NCBI RefSeq assembly: GCF_964204645.1
Contig: NC_134031.1
Coordinates: forward strand, 18,483,910-18,547,909
Length of the DNA: 64,000 nt
Source: Tubulanus polymorphus
Taxonomy: Eukaryota > Animalia > Nemertea
Reading direction: 5' to 3'
The notes under the pieces are model-generated. The model had not been told where the DNA came from, searched no databases, and saw only the letters and a list, made by a program, of their open reading frames with translations. The stretch's first letter is position 1; each line of letters opens with the position of its first letter. A program made the position numbers and the translations under genes. This document shows positions 1-14,058 of this stretch, piece by piece.

Positions 1-769
1 AGCTAAGTTGTCAGTGCGCAGTATTTTGTTAGCTGAGTGGCGCAGTAGCTGGTTCAGTACCTATTTCAAATTCTTATCCTGCAGCGCTATTCTTCCTCTT
101 TCTGCCTCTCGGCTCTCTCTCTTCCTCTCCCTCTCTTTCTTTGCACTCTCTCCCCTCTCTCTGCTCTCCCCTTCTTTCATTTTATACACCGTCATTAAAT
201 TCTTTTTTTCGCGTTCGATAAAGGTGGCATTCGATGATATTTTGATGTCAGATAAAACGATATAAACGATACTTAACGCGACACAACACGAAACCGCCAC
301 CAGTAGAGTGCGAGTCGTGACGGTGCGTATCACTAGTGGTTACTTTTAATGAAAATCGTTTTCTGGCCCCGGGGGGTCGTGTCGTTACGAACATCGAAAC
401 CGTGTCCGCTGATATCAGATTTTAAAAGTAAAACCGACGCCGGAACTATAGAGAGAACGTTACAGCTTTTATCGGTCGTTACGATAAACAAGAACTTCCG
501 AGTTAAAAAGATTGCTGTCATCGGAAAATTGAATTATAAAAGAGGAGGGTTATTCACTGAGTGTGTCTCGACATAAATGGAAGCAAACTAAACTAGAGAT
601 CCCTATCGCTGCTGTTGTAGGAATCTACATGAAGATCTATCATAGTGAAATCTCGTTGACGTTACGCGTATACCGCCTGAAGAGAGCATTTCGAATAAAC
701 AATAATTTATAGGGTCGCTAGTGATTGTCTCGTTAAAATACCCGAGTTCTAGATCTGATGATATAGGAA

Positions 770-779
770 GAGAGAGAGG

Positions 780-857
<78 letters not shown>

Positions 858-1051
858 GGAGGGAGGGAGGGAGGGAGGGAGGGAGGGAGGGAGGGAGGGA
901 GGGAGGGAGGGAGGGAGGGAGGGAGGGAGGGAGGGAGGGAGGGAGGGAGGGAGGGAGGGAGGGAGGGAGGGAGGGAGGGAGGGAGGGAGGGAGGGAGGGA
1001 GGGAGGGAGGGAGGGAGGGAGGGAGGAGGGAGGGAGGGAGGGAGGGAGAGG
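770..1051 (+). repeat. Compound microsatellite (GA)n followed by (GGGA)n
   Basis: Directly visible; about 42 perfect GGGA units from ~857. Confidence 0.98.
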
Positions 1052-3472
1052 GGCTCACGTCATTTACAGCGCACTATGATGCACTTTAATGGACAGATTA
1101 TTCCAGGTATGGGGATAGAGACAATTGATCTACTTAAGTCAGACCCGAATTCAGAACATTCTCGGTCAAAAAAGCTGCAAATCTATACCGTATTTTGACG
1201 TGGCTCGCAATCATTTTAAATCGCTATAATTTATTCGTTCTACAGATAAAAACGCTTATAGTTGAAGGGATGTGAGTTGCAATACAATCATATGATCGTA
1301 TGATTTGTCACTTTGTGATGAATTTGATGACAAAGCTTTTATATGTCTTTAAATCTGCTCACAGCCACAATCGAAACTTCCATCATTGACCCGAATAACC
1401 GAATACAGACTTCGCACGAAATTCACAGGAGCCAAGAAAAAATGAATGAATCCAACAAAAAATTATGGATGCGTTTTGACTATGAACAAAAAATGAACAA
1501 AAATGTTCATAAAAAAATGAACAAAAAAACTATTGGATGAAAGGACTCACTTAACCACATCATTGCACTGAATGTTATGTAATAAGACTCCCACTAGACT
1601 GCTCTAAATCATTCAGAAAACAGAACACAACTTAACGTATTGTTTTACATGGTATAACTCAATTTTGCAAAAAAAGTGACTCATAATATAATGACGCGCC
1701 AATCCATTCAATTCTATCCGGCTGTATTGAACGGTGAAGAGCGCGCTTGAATCGTGTTTAAGCGGCGTGAAAATAGCTTCCACCCGAAGCCGAGAATCTT
1801 TTTTTAAAGATTGATTCGCGCGGGTTCATCATCGGATTTAAAACCTATCCTCCGCAGCGACTCTTCTCTTAGTTAATGAACTCGATGCAGCAGCGACGCA
1901 GATATCAATACGCCAGGACGTATAACCACTTAATTGTGAAATTATTCTTACGCCGAATTAGACTTAAATTCGTTTTTAACGGCGCGGGCGGAATCAACGG
2001 CCGGCTGAGAGCGCATGCGCGCGAGTCCCCTCTCCGTCTTGATGTACGTAATTAATATTCTTCTTCGGTAATCTACAAATTAAAGTTTATTACTCCACCG
2101 GAAACCATCAATGCGCTGTGGATTTAATGAATTATTTAATTTCTTAAAACGCATTCAAAAATCATTAGTCACCACGCATTGGGTTCGTAATTACATTTTT
2201 ATGGAGCCACAGAGCGAGATAGAAATTGAATTAAGATTTGTAGTAAATATCTTTATATCTGTCATTCGCGGAACAGGAAAATGAAAATTAAAATATGGTT
2301 GAAATTGAAAACAAATTGCAACCAAAATAAAAAGTGACAAGGAGGAATTTTGATATTGCATTTATACGATTGAAATTAAGACAAATCTGAAATTTTCATT
2401 TTGGAAATCATCCAACCGCTATCTCGGAACTTATATGAAAGATCTGAAATCTTATATTGAAAATCCTAGATCGTAGATCGTATACGCTCTCTCTCTCTCT
2501 CTACAAATTAGAAAAGCTTCTGGCAAATCAAATCTGCAAATTCGATGAACAAATTGGATCAATCCTTTACACACTCTCCTGGGCCTATCTATCGAATAAG
2601 ATATCTCAATATTTGCAAATGATATTCGAACCTGGCAGATATTTATCCGCTTGGATATTCTGGTTCGATCTACAAGAATGAAACCGCAGACAATTTGCTT
2701 TCAATTTGAACCTTATTTCAGTATTTTTCGAAGCCCTTTCGTGGACTTCTATCCACGAGCCTACATATAACCGTTAGATATCTGATTATAAGAAAGACGA
2801 GAAAGATCTGATTTCTTACGGTAGGTGTGACAAAGAACGTGTACAAGAATAGCTCACGCATCTCAGATGATGCGACCGAATCTGATCATACAGAGTTATT
2901 ATAAACCTAATGGTTTAACGTTTATAAACTATGTTTGTCAGTTCGTTTGAATTGTAAGCACTTTATCCCAGATACGTTGTCGCCGCTGCCGCCGCTGCTG
3001 CTGTTTAACAGTGTTTTCACACTGAAAATCGTCTTTAATTAGATTTCTCTCATTCAATTTCACATAAAAGCTCGTAGAAATAACACCTTTCACGAGAGAT
3101 GTTCTGTTAACTATTTGCAGTCACGTTGCAAAGCGATTTCTTTTGATGTCCCAGTCTTTGGAAATCGGGCCTATTATTTGCGTAGCTGCCGAGCGAGAGA
3201 GATAGGAAAAGGTGAATCGGGCGAACGGAAATGATGAAGAGTAGCACATTCCGAGGGTATTCACAAATCGCAATAAAGCGAAAAAAAAACCGAAGACGAC
3301 GATGCTTACTTTCTTTGAAGAAAGAAATTACGTAAACGAATGGAAAAAAATCTCCTCATAATTCGACAAGCAGAACACACTACCGCGCGGTTACCGAGCT
3401 TCGGGTTTAATTCGTATCGGGTTCGATTCGTTATCTTATCGATGACGTGACGACTCCTATACACGCGCAATA

Positions 3473-3563
3473 GGCAAACCGGCAAACCGGCAAACCGGCA
3501 AACCGGCAAACCGGCAAACCGGCAAACCGGCAAACCGGCAAACCAGGCGGGCAAACCAGGCGG
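3473..3563 (+). repeat. (GGCAAACC)9 octamer tandem repeat with degenerate tail
   Basis: Directly visible. Confidence 0.95.
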
Positions 3564-6385
3564 TTATCTGATATAAGAGACTATACCGATTGCGAATACG
3601 ACGATAAACAGGGGAAAAAAATTCAAAACACGGAAACTTTGGAGGGTGTTTTTTCTCATTTCATGCATTAATGATATAGTCAGACATTTCTCGCCTCGAC
3701 ATTTTGCGAAAAAAAATTTCCCGCGTTTTCCAGCTCGGGGCCTGTTTTTTACCGGCATTTTCACTAGCGGAGCAGGAAAAAACTAACCGGCAACCGCTCA
3801 TGAAAACCGGAGACTTTAGATCGAATATTGCTCGTTAAAGTACGATGTCGCTGCCCACGACTGTTACGACGACTGATATTCAACACTGCAAGCAATTTGC
3901 ACAGATCACCACCGCACATAATTTGTCATCTGATCACAGAGACTGAAAACAGCTGTATATGACCCCTGAATAAATTCGCGCAGTGTTCGAACCTATTTAA
4001 CAGTTGGTTAAACAACTGCAGACATCATAAATGCTTATCACAGACCGGTAATGGGATCTGCACAAACGACCATCGGTTGATGATGTATGACCCCCCGCGG
4101 AGTTGGTAAAACACTGGTCAGCACTCCTTCACTGGTCTCAATACGGTACTTATAAATCACTATACCCAGACAAAGTGTCCGGGAAAATGCTATGTAACAA
4201 ATCCTAACGTCCGAGGAAACTAGGTTCGGCGTGCGGCTCTTAAAACTATGATGTGTATTGTACACTGCGAGACATTGACAAGGCTTTGCAAGGCCCACAT
4301 GGAAAAGCACACTTCAATCTTTTTAAATTTATATATCTTTTCTCTCTCTTTTTTGAATTGTTTAACTTGTTATAATGTATCGCTTTACTGTGAAATAAAT
4401 TGAAATTGACCCTTAAATTTTGGTAACAATCGAAGATACAATCTGAGGCTTTAACGTTATGTCCGTTTAGGTCTTTTATTCAACTCATTTTCATTGAAAA
4501 TGGAAAGAGTGGCACGTTTTCTGAAATTTCGAAAAAGTGGAGGTTGGGCTTTCACGCCCATTGAATATGGACCTGTACACATTACTAATTAGTTTCGTCC
4601 ATGTTTATATAAACTCAATTTTCAATAGGTTTATCGCTGCTTGGTTCGTGTTTGATATCGATCGAACGCTCGCTCGAAACCAATTCGCGCCAGTTCAATT
4701 CCGGAATGCAGAACGCGAGGGCGTGAGTCCAACATCCTTTGTCCATCTCTATTGACACAAACACACGTCATTGAATATGTGTATGTTTGTGTATATATCC
4801 GCTTATATTAAATATCTCATATCATCAAATATCTACATCAAACAGTGTATCGTCACCGACGTTTCGGGGGCTGCAGGAATGCGTTATTTGTCTTAGTAAT
4901 GATAACTTCCCTGTTTAGATAGCGAAGACAGGACGGCATCGTGTTGTTAGACTTGTTGAAGCGCCGCATGAAAATTATACCCGCAGGCTACTGAATGTAA
5001 CGTGTTGAGAGCGTAATTATTTGAAACCTTATCCGCGTAAAATGGAAAAATTAAACGGTTTTCGTGTATTTTCTAACTGCTTAAAACGAAAACCTATTAT
5101 AAATGGACTTCTTAAAATAGAGATTTCTAAACTTTTAACTTTTAAAGAAAACTTCACGAACTGATTAGAAAAACCCCGAAATTACGACAAAAATCTACGC
5201 GAGTAGTGACGTTTCGAATCAATTATATGAACCACTATCAGTGTTTTGGAATTGGCTCAAGTCGAAACGTCGCGTTTTGAAAATGTTTGATAGAAATGAA
5301 GTCTAAACGTCACTTCTCTATTAGTTTTGAAAACCACTCTGATAGAATCGTGTCAAAGCGTCCATTCTCCCTTAGTTTTTCTTCACAATTGTGGTTTTTT
5401 TCTCCAATCGAATACAGACGGTAATTTGTTTATGGAAACCAATACGAACTGCTCAACAACGCATGAAAATATGCCTCAGATTAAAACACATTCAAATTCA
5501 TTGAAACTTCTTTATCAGAAATCAAAATTTCACAACCCGATACCGCTAAAAACCATTCAATGAAAATCTATGTTAGAAAAAAAGAAAAACTAAAAATACA
5601 AATTGGAATCGATTGCAATCATTAAGGTCCGTAGGTCTTTATTATTGCCCTTTACTTAAAACCAATTAGATTTTCAGTTATATCTAAGTTCTGTAGCCTG
5701 AGCTGAGTTATGCAGTTTAAAATTCTATTTGAGACTTATAATATTGTAGATACGTAAGAATTTCTCTACCTAAATAAATTTCTAATTTCTGAAAATTAGA
5801 ATTTTTCGCCTGTGAAATTAATTGAATTTAACGTCGAAAATTGTTTCCTACCTTTCCGTTTATTTCGTGGAGGGCAACAAAACCCGGCAGACAAAATCCG
5901 TGACACAGGTGTTCGACGAGGGAGTCTATTCCAATGACAGCGCGCTACAGCGATCCAGCGAACTGGTGAATCTTCCCAGCAGCCTTCGCGCGTCGTTCGC
6001 AAATTGCCGGCGCAACGGAAGTGTCGGCTGGATCGAAAATCGAAACCGGTACATCGTTGCGCGTTGCCACGCCGAAGATTCTGCACCCGAGTTATTAATG
6101 CACTTGCATTTACATTGACGGAAACCGAAGCCGGTCGGCAAACAGCGAAAAGTAGCAAAAACTGGTTTTCATTTCATGGTTTTATGAGCAACGTTTTTAT
6201 TAGTAAAACATTGGGTATAAGAATCATCAAATCGTCCCCGACGTTTACACAACACTCTCGTTAAATCCTGAACTTCACATATTCGCTGTCACGTACGGTT
6301 TTATAGTCGATGAATAACGACAACTAGTTCGATGAATTGTTGTTTGACTGTTTGCACTTTTTCCGATGTTTTTACTGATAATTCA

Positions 6386-6505
6386 ATTCTGAACCTAGTT
6401 CCACAGCAGTTGTGTGGGTTTGAATTGACTGTAGATCTAGTTCCACGATTGCGTGGATTTAGATTTGATTTTTTTTGTATTCAGTTTTACAGTTGCGTGG
6501 GTTTT
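6386..6505 (+). repeat. 39-bp minisatellite family, about 3 units
   Basis: Matches consensus GACCCAGTTCCACAGTTGTGTGGGTTTAATTTGACTCTG. Confidence 0.85.
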
Positions 6506-6879
6506 ATCATGAACTATAATAGTCTAATAATAGTCTATAATAGTATAATAATTTATCATCTTTGGGTCCATTTTCGCGCAGAAGGGACATAGCTAATTAC
6601 CAGTAATTCTTCTCGATTCTAGAAAGAGATAAGCATACGCACTGATGTACACATACAGGCTGAAAAGAAGAAAAAGAGCTCCTCATCAATATGTAAAACC
6701 AGCGCCAATTAATCAATTAATTCATCCATCGCAATGCAGCCACACACATTCACATACACATATAGACGCACACACGCAATCGCAACAGATTAAATACTCT
6801 TAGAACAACTACATAATGACGTATGATACTCTTATAGCAGATATAACGACTTTGCATTTACCCTTATAGTGATTATAGC

Positions 6880-7190
6880 GGCTCTCCTGTCTCTTTCTCT
6901 CCCTCACCGTTCTCTCATCTCCCCATCCCTCCGTCTCCCCCTTTCTCTCCCTCGCCCTTTCCCCTTTCTCTCCCTCTCTCACGCTCTCTTCCTCCATTTA
7001 TCTCTATTTTCTCACTTCTCTCCCCCTTCTTTCTCTCTCTTTCTCACTCTCTCTTCCCACTCACCATGCTCTACCTCTCTTACTCATATTGTGTTCCCTT
7101 CTCCATCTCTCTCTCTTTAGCACTCTCTCACTCTCCCTCCCTTCCATCCTCTCTTTCCACACTCTCCCATCCTCTTTTTCTCCCTCTCCA
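6880..7190 (+). repeat. CT-rich low-complexity tract (similar tracts at 90-180, 36005-36075, 37330-37615, 43700-43840)
   Basis: Polypyrimidine/polypurine composition. Confidence 0.9.
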
Positions 7191-8669
7191 TTCATAAGAG
7201 TAAATGTTGTGGTGGAATAATGATCCGTGCGCTGATTCTAAACTCGAGGCGCAAACGTGAGACTGTATTTTAGATGTATACAATTAAACATACATCGATA
7301 CAAGCGGTAACTTTCATATCGTATCTTTGTAACTAACGACGAATAAAAAAATAGTATGATTACGAAATGGTGCATAGGATACTTTTACAACGGCCATGAG
7401 TTTTATTCGAATCCAGAGTTCCTAAATTTGTTCTTCTGATTATATTTGAACACCGGTGTCAAATTTAAACCGACGACGATTCGCGATACTGACAGAGCTA
7501 AGTTGTTGTAGTGGGATGAAGGCTACACTGAAAATCTCAGGTAACCAACCGGTGGGTTTTCATAGCCCCGAAAACCTCGGCCTTTCGGGTTTAAAATGTC
7601 TAAGAATTAAAATTCTAAGTACCTCGAAGAACATTCTATATATAACATCTAAAGTTCGTTTCCAGCCCAGATTTATTCATATTTTAACCAGGAGCACTGT
7701 TCTGATTCTACACTAGTCAAATTTGAAAGGTTTCGATGAGGAACCGGTTGAAAAATTCTCGATTAAAACCAAGTAAAGGAGTCAAACTTAACCAAAAACT
7801 GTGGAACTCAACGAGTCAAACTCGACGAGTTTGAGGATTCAACTACTCAGACTCGACACGTCAAACTCGACGATTAACCTAGTCGAACTGAACTATTGAT
7901 TTTGAAAGAGGTTCCTGGTTTCTGGATTCTGCACATCCACAATAAATGCAATGAATATATTATCGGAAAACTTAATTTTCGATCGTTTTTTGAATGAATT
8001 TGAATTAGGATAAAAACCATTTTCCGTAAATGATAATTACATAATCAAAACAAAACAACGGCTGAAAGCGACAAGAAGGAAATCTTTTGAAGTTGAATCA
8101 GCGAAAATCCGATTCATGCGATGATTATTCCATTGAATCATACAATATTGTGAGACTTGATGTGCTCTATTTGTTTACACATCCACTCAGTAATTTCACT
8201 GTTCAGTCGCTGCATTGAATCGGTCTGGAGGAGATTGATTTTAGGAGAGCGGGGAATTTCTTCTGCAGTCCTGTTTGTACTCGATGCCCCACAGCCACCC
8301 GCGCATTTGGAGCTCTCGAGGTTCTAGGTCCTGGATTGGAGCTGCGACCAATGGCTTTCTGTGACAGGATGGTTTGGGGCCTCTTATAGAGGGGAGATGA
8401 GGGCTATTTCACGGCTCATGCCGAAAGCTATTGATATGCTGAAAGCTGGTGTTGCGGCAGCGCCCACTCTTCACCGGAACGAATTGAGGGCTTCCGGGAA
8501 CGCAAATCGATTAGGGTTCCGAGATCTATCTCAATTTCCTACTCAGAACTGAGATGACATATTCTAATTGAAGTCTCATTGATTCAGCAATTGACTTTTG
8601 ACAAGGTTATTGTATTTGGCATTATGATTAGAAACCCACAAAGTTAAAAGATTTAAAAACGAAATTCAT

Positions 8670-8765
8670 TTATTATTATAAGAATCATATCATTATAAGA
8701 ATTATATTCATCATTATAAGAATAATATAATAATAAGAAGAATTATATTTATCATTATAAGAATT
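8670..8765 (+). repeat. Degenerate (CATTATAAGAAT)-type tandem repeat
   Basis: attataagaat recurs about 5 times. Confidence 0.8.
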
Positions 8766-11700
8766 GATATCAGAAACTAAATGATATATAACGACTTATT
8801 TCGGACTCCCTGAGACCATCGTCAGCTGTAATATACATTGTTGTATTCAGCGGGTTTAAATCCTAGTATCTATTCTCCAAGTCTGAGTAGTTCTACGTAC
8901 CATAGCACTTAATATTTGTCATAAGCAAGAAATCTTCAAGATTATCAAACCATTCCCAGTAAATATCGACAATTGATATATTATCAAGAGGTTAAAAGTT
9001 TGATATCTGTAGGCAGCTGGCCGTGCGTACACTACGAATATCAACGACTGTGCGATGTTATATATCAAGATATCCCTGAGGATAAATGCATCGGATACTA
9101 GTAAAGTAACGATACGGATGGAATCATAACGGAAGAAATAGAGAATGTGACAATTTTTTACTATCTTAACGTTGCCTTTATCCGAGACCGGTCGTAACAA
9201 ATTGCCTCTAAAAACGACCCAATAGTACGTGAATAAATGACGTGTCTGTGGATTCAAAACGTGCTGTTGTAGTGTCGAGACGACTAGTCTTAAGTTTTAT
9301 ATATGATTGGACGAAGAACCAAAGTGAACTTTGAACGGTTTTAAAACGTTAGACTATATATATGAAACCAGAAGACTGTTATACAACTGTGATCTAAGCA
9401 TGACTGTGCCCTCTCGGGCCGGCCTTGGATATGTCTACGAATCGTAGCTGGCACCCAATGGCCCTCGGGCTGACTCAGAAAGTCAAAAACGAAAATTGAG
9501 TCCAAATTTTCTTCTCAAGTTGCGAGCTCCAATGCCCCCAATCACGTGTCAGCAGTGTTTTCACTATTGATTGAACGTGACGAGAGAAAGTCGATTACAC
9601 CTTCGTCAATGGCTGCAAGGTATGATAGCAACTCATCGACATCAGTTCAAATAGAATTATATCATTTTTCAATTCGATTACTGCACGCAAAATTTACAGA
9701 ACGAATAGTCAAGTATAGGATCTGTGTTTAGGGGGGGATAAGGCGGCATTTCGATTCATCTCGCCCGCAGCAGAAAAAGTCGTTGATGATCAACGTTAGC
9801 TCGTTTCAACCCACACACACACACAGGAGGTTTGCTTTTGTCTCATACGTCGAAAAAATAAGAAGACTGTTCAGAAAAGAAATAAGACCGTTACACTGTC
9901 TGCAGATGACAGAAACTCCATCCGTCGCGAACGAATATTTTTTGAAAATTGTAATTCGATCCGCTAGCGCGCGTGGACGTATTGAAGGTAAAGGTCACCT
10001 GTGTTTGACAGGTTGAAGTTGAAGGTCGAGCCTGTGCGTAATCGCTATCGTAATCGTTGACGCGAAATTCTACTTTAGAAATACCATAGAACTCGAGTTC
10101 TACGGAAAAACAAATAACGAACGACGAAAATGATTAAAAAAAACGACACCTGCAACGGATGTAATTTAACCGGTATTTTAGGACGGCGCGGAAAGAGCGA
10201 TTTTTTTCGTGCGGTGATCAGAGCGGGTTCCAGTCCTGAATTATTGATGCTAAACTAAATTCGATTTAATTTTATTCTAATGGAGGAAAATGTTCGGGCA
10301 ATTTTCTCAATTTAATGTGACAGAGAAATTCTACCGAATGTAACTCATCCCAGTTTGGTGACATTTCCATTTATTGTAATAACGAGAACGTATCAACACA
10401 TTTGCCAACGCGTTTAAACAGTTAAGTGTTAATTTTCATTTCTATTTTCATTGCATTGCATTGTTTCGTATCGTATTGTATAAGATGGATCTGGTCGGCT
10501 CCGGATTTGTAGGCAGTTCGTGTCGATGCGGTCGCTGAAGCTGAAAGCCTGGAAACCAACTCGGGAAAACTCCTTAACGGAAAACAGAAAGGTTTTCCGC
10601 GTTTTGTCTTAATTATTTATCGAAAGAACCGAGCGCGGCGCACGATGAGGAGGGGTGGAGTGATTAGAATTACATCAGAAGAGGTGTTTCTACGTCTGAT
10701 CTCGACAATGTAGCGGGGAAAATATTGAATGAATGCGAACATTTCTAAATAAGACACGATCCACGATGTTTGACCCCGGGTCATTTCCATTACGTCTTGC
10801 GCAAAATAGAAAAATATCTCTCTCAAAACGGCGAAGAAAATCAATACACTGTATTACCTTTAAAAATGTTAGGACACCGGGCAGATAGATCGACTGCGGA
10901 TCGATCCTTGGGTGTCTTTCAACAGACGTACCAAAAGAAAAGGCTCGGCATCTTCTCCAGCGACCAGCGTACCACATTCTCCATTCATTCTGCATACAAA
11001 TGGCAGAGTCTTTAAGTAGCTTTCGATGGGGGGGGGGGGGGGGTTATATAGTCTGAAAACTGTGCCACAGTGTTGTTAGTTTAACATTCTTTAATACGAC
11101 AAGACCCTTGTAAGATGGATTGAACATTCCGACCATTTTGGAAGTTTGAATACGAATCACAAACTTTAAACATGTTTAAAGCTCGATTCCGAAGGATTAA
11201 ACAGATACGATTTGCATAAGAATCATCGACTTTATTTCTAATTCCGGTAGATTGTTCGCTTGTTCGAGTCTTGTGCAGATTTCGAGGCATTTAAACCTGA
11301 AAACATCGACGTAGAATCCCATCGTGTATTAGAGAGAGTTTTGCCTTTAAGCGCAACAGCAAGATCGAATTCTTGACGTCCATCAATAAAAAGTTTGTCT
11401 CATCTCAATGAAATGAAATGTGCGCCTCTGTACACGAGTTCAGAGAAGAATTTCAAGAACTCATTTGTTTATTTTGATGCTGCTTTTTTTAGTTCACAAA
11501 TATATCTCGGTAAAGAACGTGAAGCTGATTTGGTGTTGAATATAATGTTATGATAGCCAATTTTTATATTTATAAAACATGCATAGTTCAATAGCAGTTG
11601 TATGTTCATAATGCATACAACTCTATTCACTAGGAAATCCAGAACGGGCATGTTTTACTAATGGGTTTTTCAATGTAGATTTGTTATTGTTTAGTTTTGG

Positions 11701-13923
11701 CTTTGCAGTCATTTAATGTTGTTTGCCTTTGTTACTAGATCAGTTTATGTCTCGGATTAATAAGAAATATTTTGGAGTTAGTTTTCAAGACAATAGAAAA
11801 ATCCTAAGGGATTAGTCAAGTGTCAACGTCTACGTGTTTGGAAACCGAGACAACTCCGGGCTTGTTTCTTAACCAGGTTGCTAAGAACATTAATTCTTGG
11901 GGGCCTGGTGGGCGAATCAGGTCCCGAGGTTAGTCGTCGGCCCTCCCCAAATGCGGTGGCGTTGGTCACGAGAATAGTCCCTTGGAAACCAAATTTTGGA
12001 TAGTATAAAAATAAGAGACATAGCTGAACTAGTGGGAGAGCACCTGGGAAACCAAGAGGGGAAGGAACTAGAACCCGAAATTGTAAAAGGTGTCGATAAA
12101 TAGGAAAGACGAAAGTAACATAATAAATAGTTGTGAGTATTTATATTCGAAGTATTTGCATCTTAGTCGTTTATTCATTTTTGGTCTCGGGTCAAATTCA
12201 ATTTGTGTCGTTGTGCGGAGCTGAGGAAGGATACGCTCTCCCACGATATTTCGGTTCCTTCTTCGGGCCGCATAACAATAAGTCACAGGTGCTCGGAGCC
12301 GGAGTCACCCGCTAACGAGCGACCTTGGAGTCATCCGTTAACGAGTAAAACACTACGCACCCAAGCGCGTATGTTTACGATTGTTCTGAAAGTGGTGTGA
12401 CCTCTTTGTACTTTGGAAACAAACAAACAAAACCTAGAAAAGTGAAATTTATTGAGTAAATCTCAAATTGCTGCGATCATTATACGATTCAATTGAGCAC
12501 CGTCTTAATTCCGAGAGATTGAAATCAACTTTCGTTCTTAAGATTGATTCATAATTCATGCTCATTTGATATAAATCGAGGCCTTGCACAATTTCCACAT
12601 TTCACACGGCGATATTTCATGTAAAATTATCCACGTCGTCGTAATGTGTCGATTTGATTACAGCCCAAATATATACGGTTGATATATGGACTGTCGGCGC
12701 GCTGCTCGAAACTTCAAATCGTATTAAATAAACGGTTTGTTTTTGAGGTAACGATCTTAAATCGAATCACACTCGACCTCGAAGTCGCAACGAGTGGTCA
12801 CAAAATCGCCATTAGTCTCAATTAGCGGCTCCCGATACCCTTCTCTGCGATCCGATAAAAACACGGTTACCACCGAGGCGACGGTCATTTGTTACAATTA
12901 TAAACGAATGTTGTCTTCGTTACGTTCATTTCGCAGTATTTTGTCCGCAATACGTCTGGTTCGATTTGTCGCGTTTACGAAATGACTCGAATAACAAAAT
13001 GCGTTTCACGACCAATAATTTTCCTATCATCAAATTGACTTGAATCCTATTTTGCTTAGATCCATTTTTCATCTCATCTGATTCATTATCATATAACCTC
13101 TTCAATTACAAAAAGATGGATTTTTACCTAGAGGAAGACAAGATATAAGAGAATCTTGCCCTTTGAAACTTATTTGCCTCTCGCTGAATTTGAAGCATAA
13201 ATATCTCAAGAAAGCGGTCTTTGTCCCTCTAATCTAAAACTAAAAAAGACCGACATGAAATAACGCAGTCCGGAAAAAGACTTTTAATGAATTGCATCGT
13301 CTATACGAACCAGTCCATCCTTGATCTAGTGCTCGTGTACGTATCCGTTATTTATGGATAACCGGAGGTCGTTTTCTAAGCGATGCGTGGCGGAAGTTTC
13401 AACTTCGTCAGTTTCTCGCGTATGCAAATGACACTTTTACTGGGTCCCGACGGACAGATAAAGTCTACCGCAATGAAACCTAAACAGCCTCGAATGTACT
13501 GTCGAGATCGGGTCTAATCGAATCATTCTGTACATAGCCGTGAACGTCGATTGCCATAAACAATCTGGTAATGATGGAGCGCGCAAAAGTGCGATGATTA
13601 CTCGTACTAATATAGTTTTAAGCTGCAAGCGGAAAAATTCGTCGGTGACGTTCGTTAAATGTATCGCAGAGAGTATAGAATTTATGAAAGACCTGAAACT
13701 AGTAAATCTTAAAAGAAGCGTTATGAAGTATCGTAGTTTCTCGTAGATTTCAGAGTTTATGGTCTACCTAGGATTTAGGAAGCACTGGGTGCATTTCAGA
13801 GTGTGTTGAAACTTGTAGTGTGTTGAAATCAATCTTCAAATATTTCCATAAAGCCAATAAGGCGCTGGTCGGGGGGGGGGGTATAAAACCACATTCATAT
13901 CAATTGAATTTGATAGCCTCTAT

Positions 13924-14058
13924 GAGCCAGCTACGCAGTCACTACTTAGATTTAAGACCAGTCTAGGACCGCTCAGTCATATAGCCAATCAAACAACTTG
14001 AGACCAGACTCGACATTTAAGACCGCGATGACTGTAGCCACGACTGTGTAACTGGGAC
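13924..14058. mobile_element. Harbinger-like MITE
   Basis: Imperfect TIRs GAGCCAGCTACGCAGTC / GACTGTGTAACTGGGAC; internal motif shared with 36760 and 52670. Confidence 0.6.

Larger units (their letters stand above)
180..3800 (-). pseudogene. Decayed TLR/LRR receptor remnant (LRRs, LRRCT, TM); boundaries approximate
   Basis: LRR-like DLG/FNKISDL near 2440-2470, LRRCT-like text in ORF 333-521, and TM helix TLLVAVSCCVALSIVYI in ORF 61-333. Many stops and frameshifts. Confidence 0.35.
4600..11650 (-). pseudogene. Decayed TLR/LRR remnant(s), one or two units
   Basis: LRR-like fragments in ORFs 11081-11290, 10617-10844 and 8919-9257 (VVFRGNLL; QLSIFTGNGLIIL). LRRCT-like RVQNLRRGNAQRC and LLGRFTSSLDRC at ~5930-6090. 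Confidence 0.35.

Noticed and set aside
603-1089. ORFs 603-1058 and 721-1089, and likewise 46776-47103, 3306-3554, 34272-34520, 57405-57710 and 43542-43955
   Set aside because: These are translations of micro- or minisatellites.
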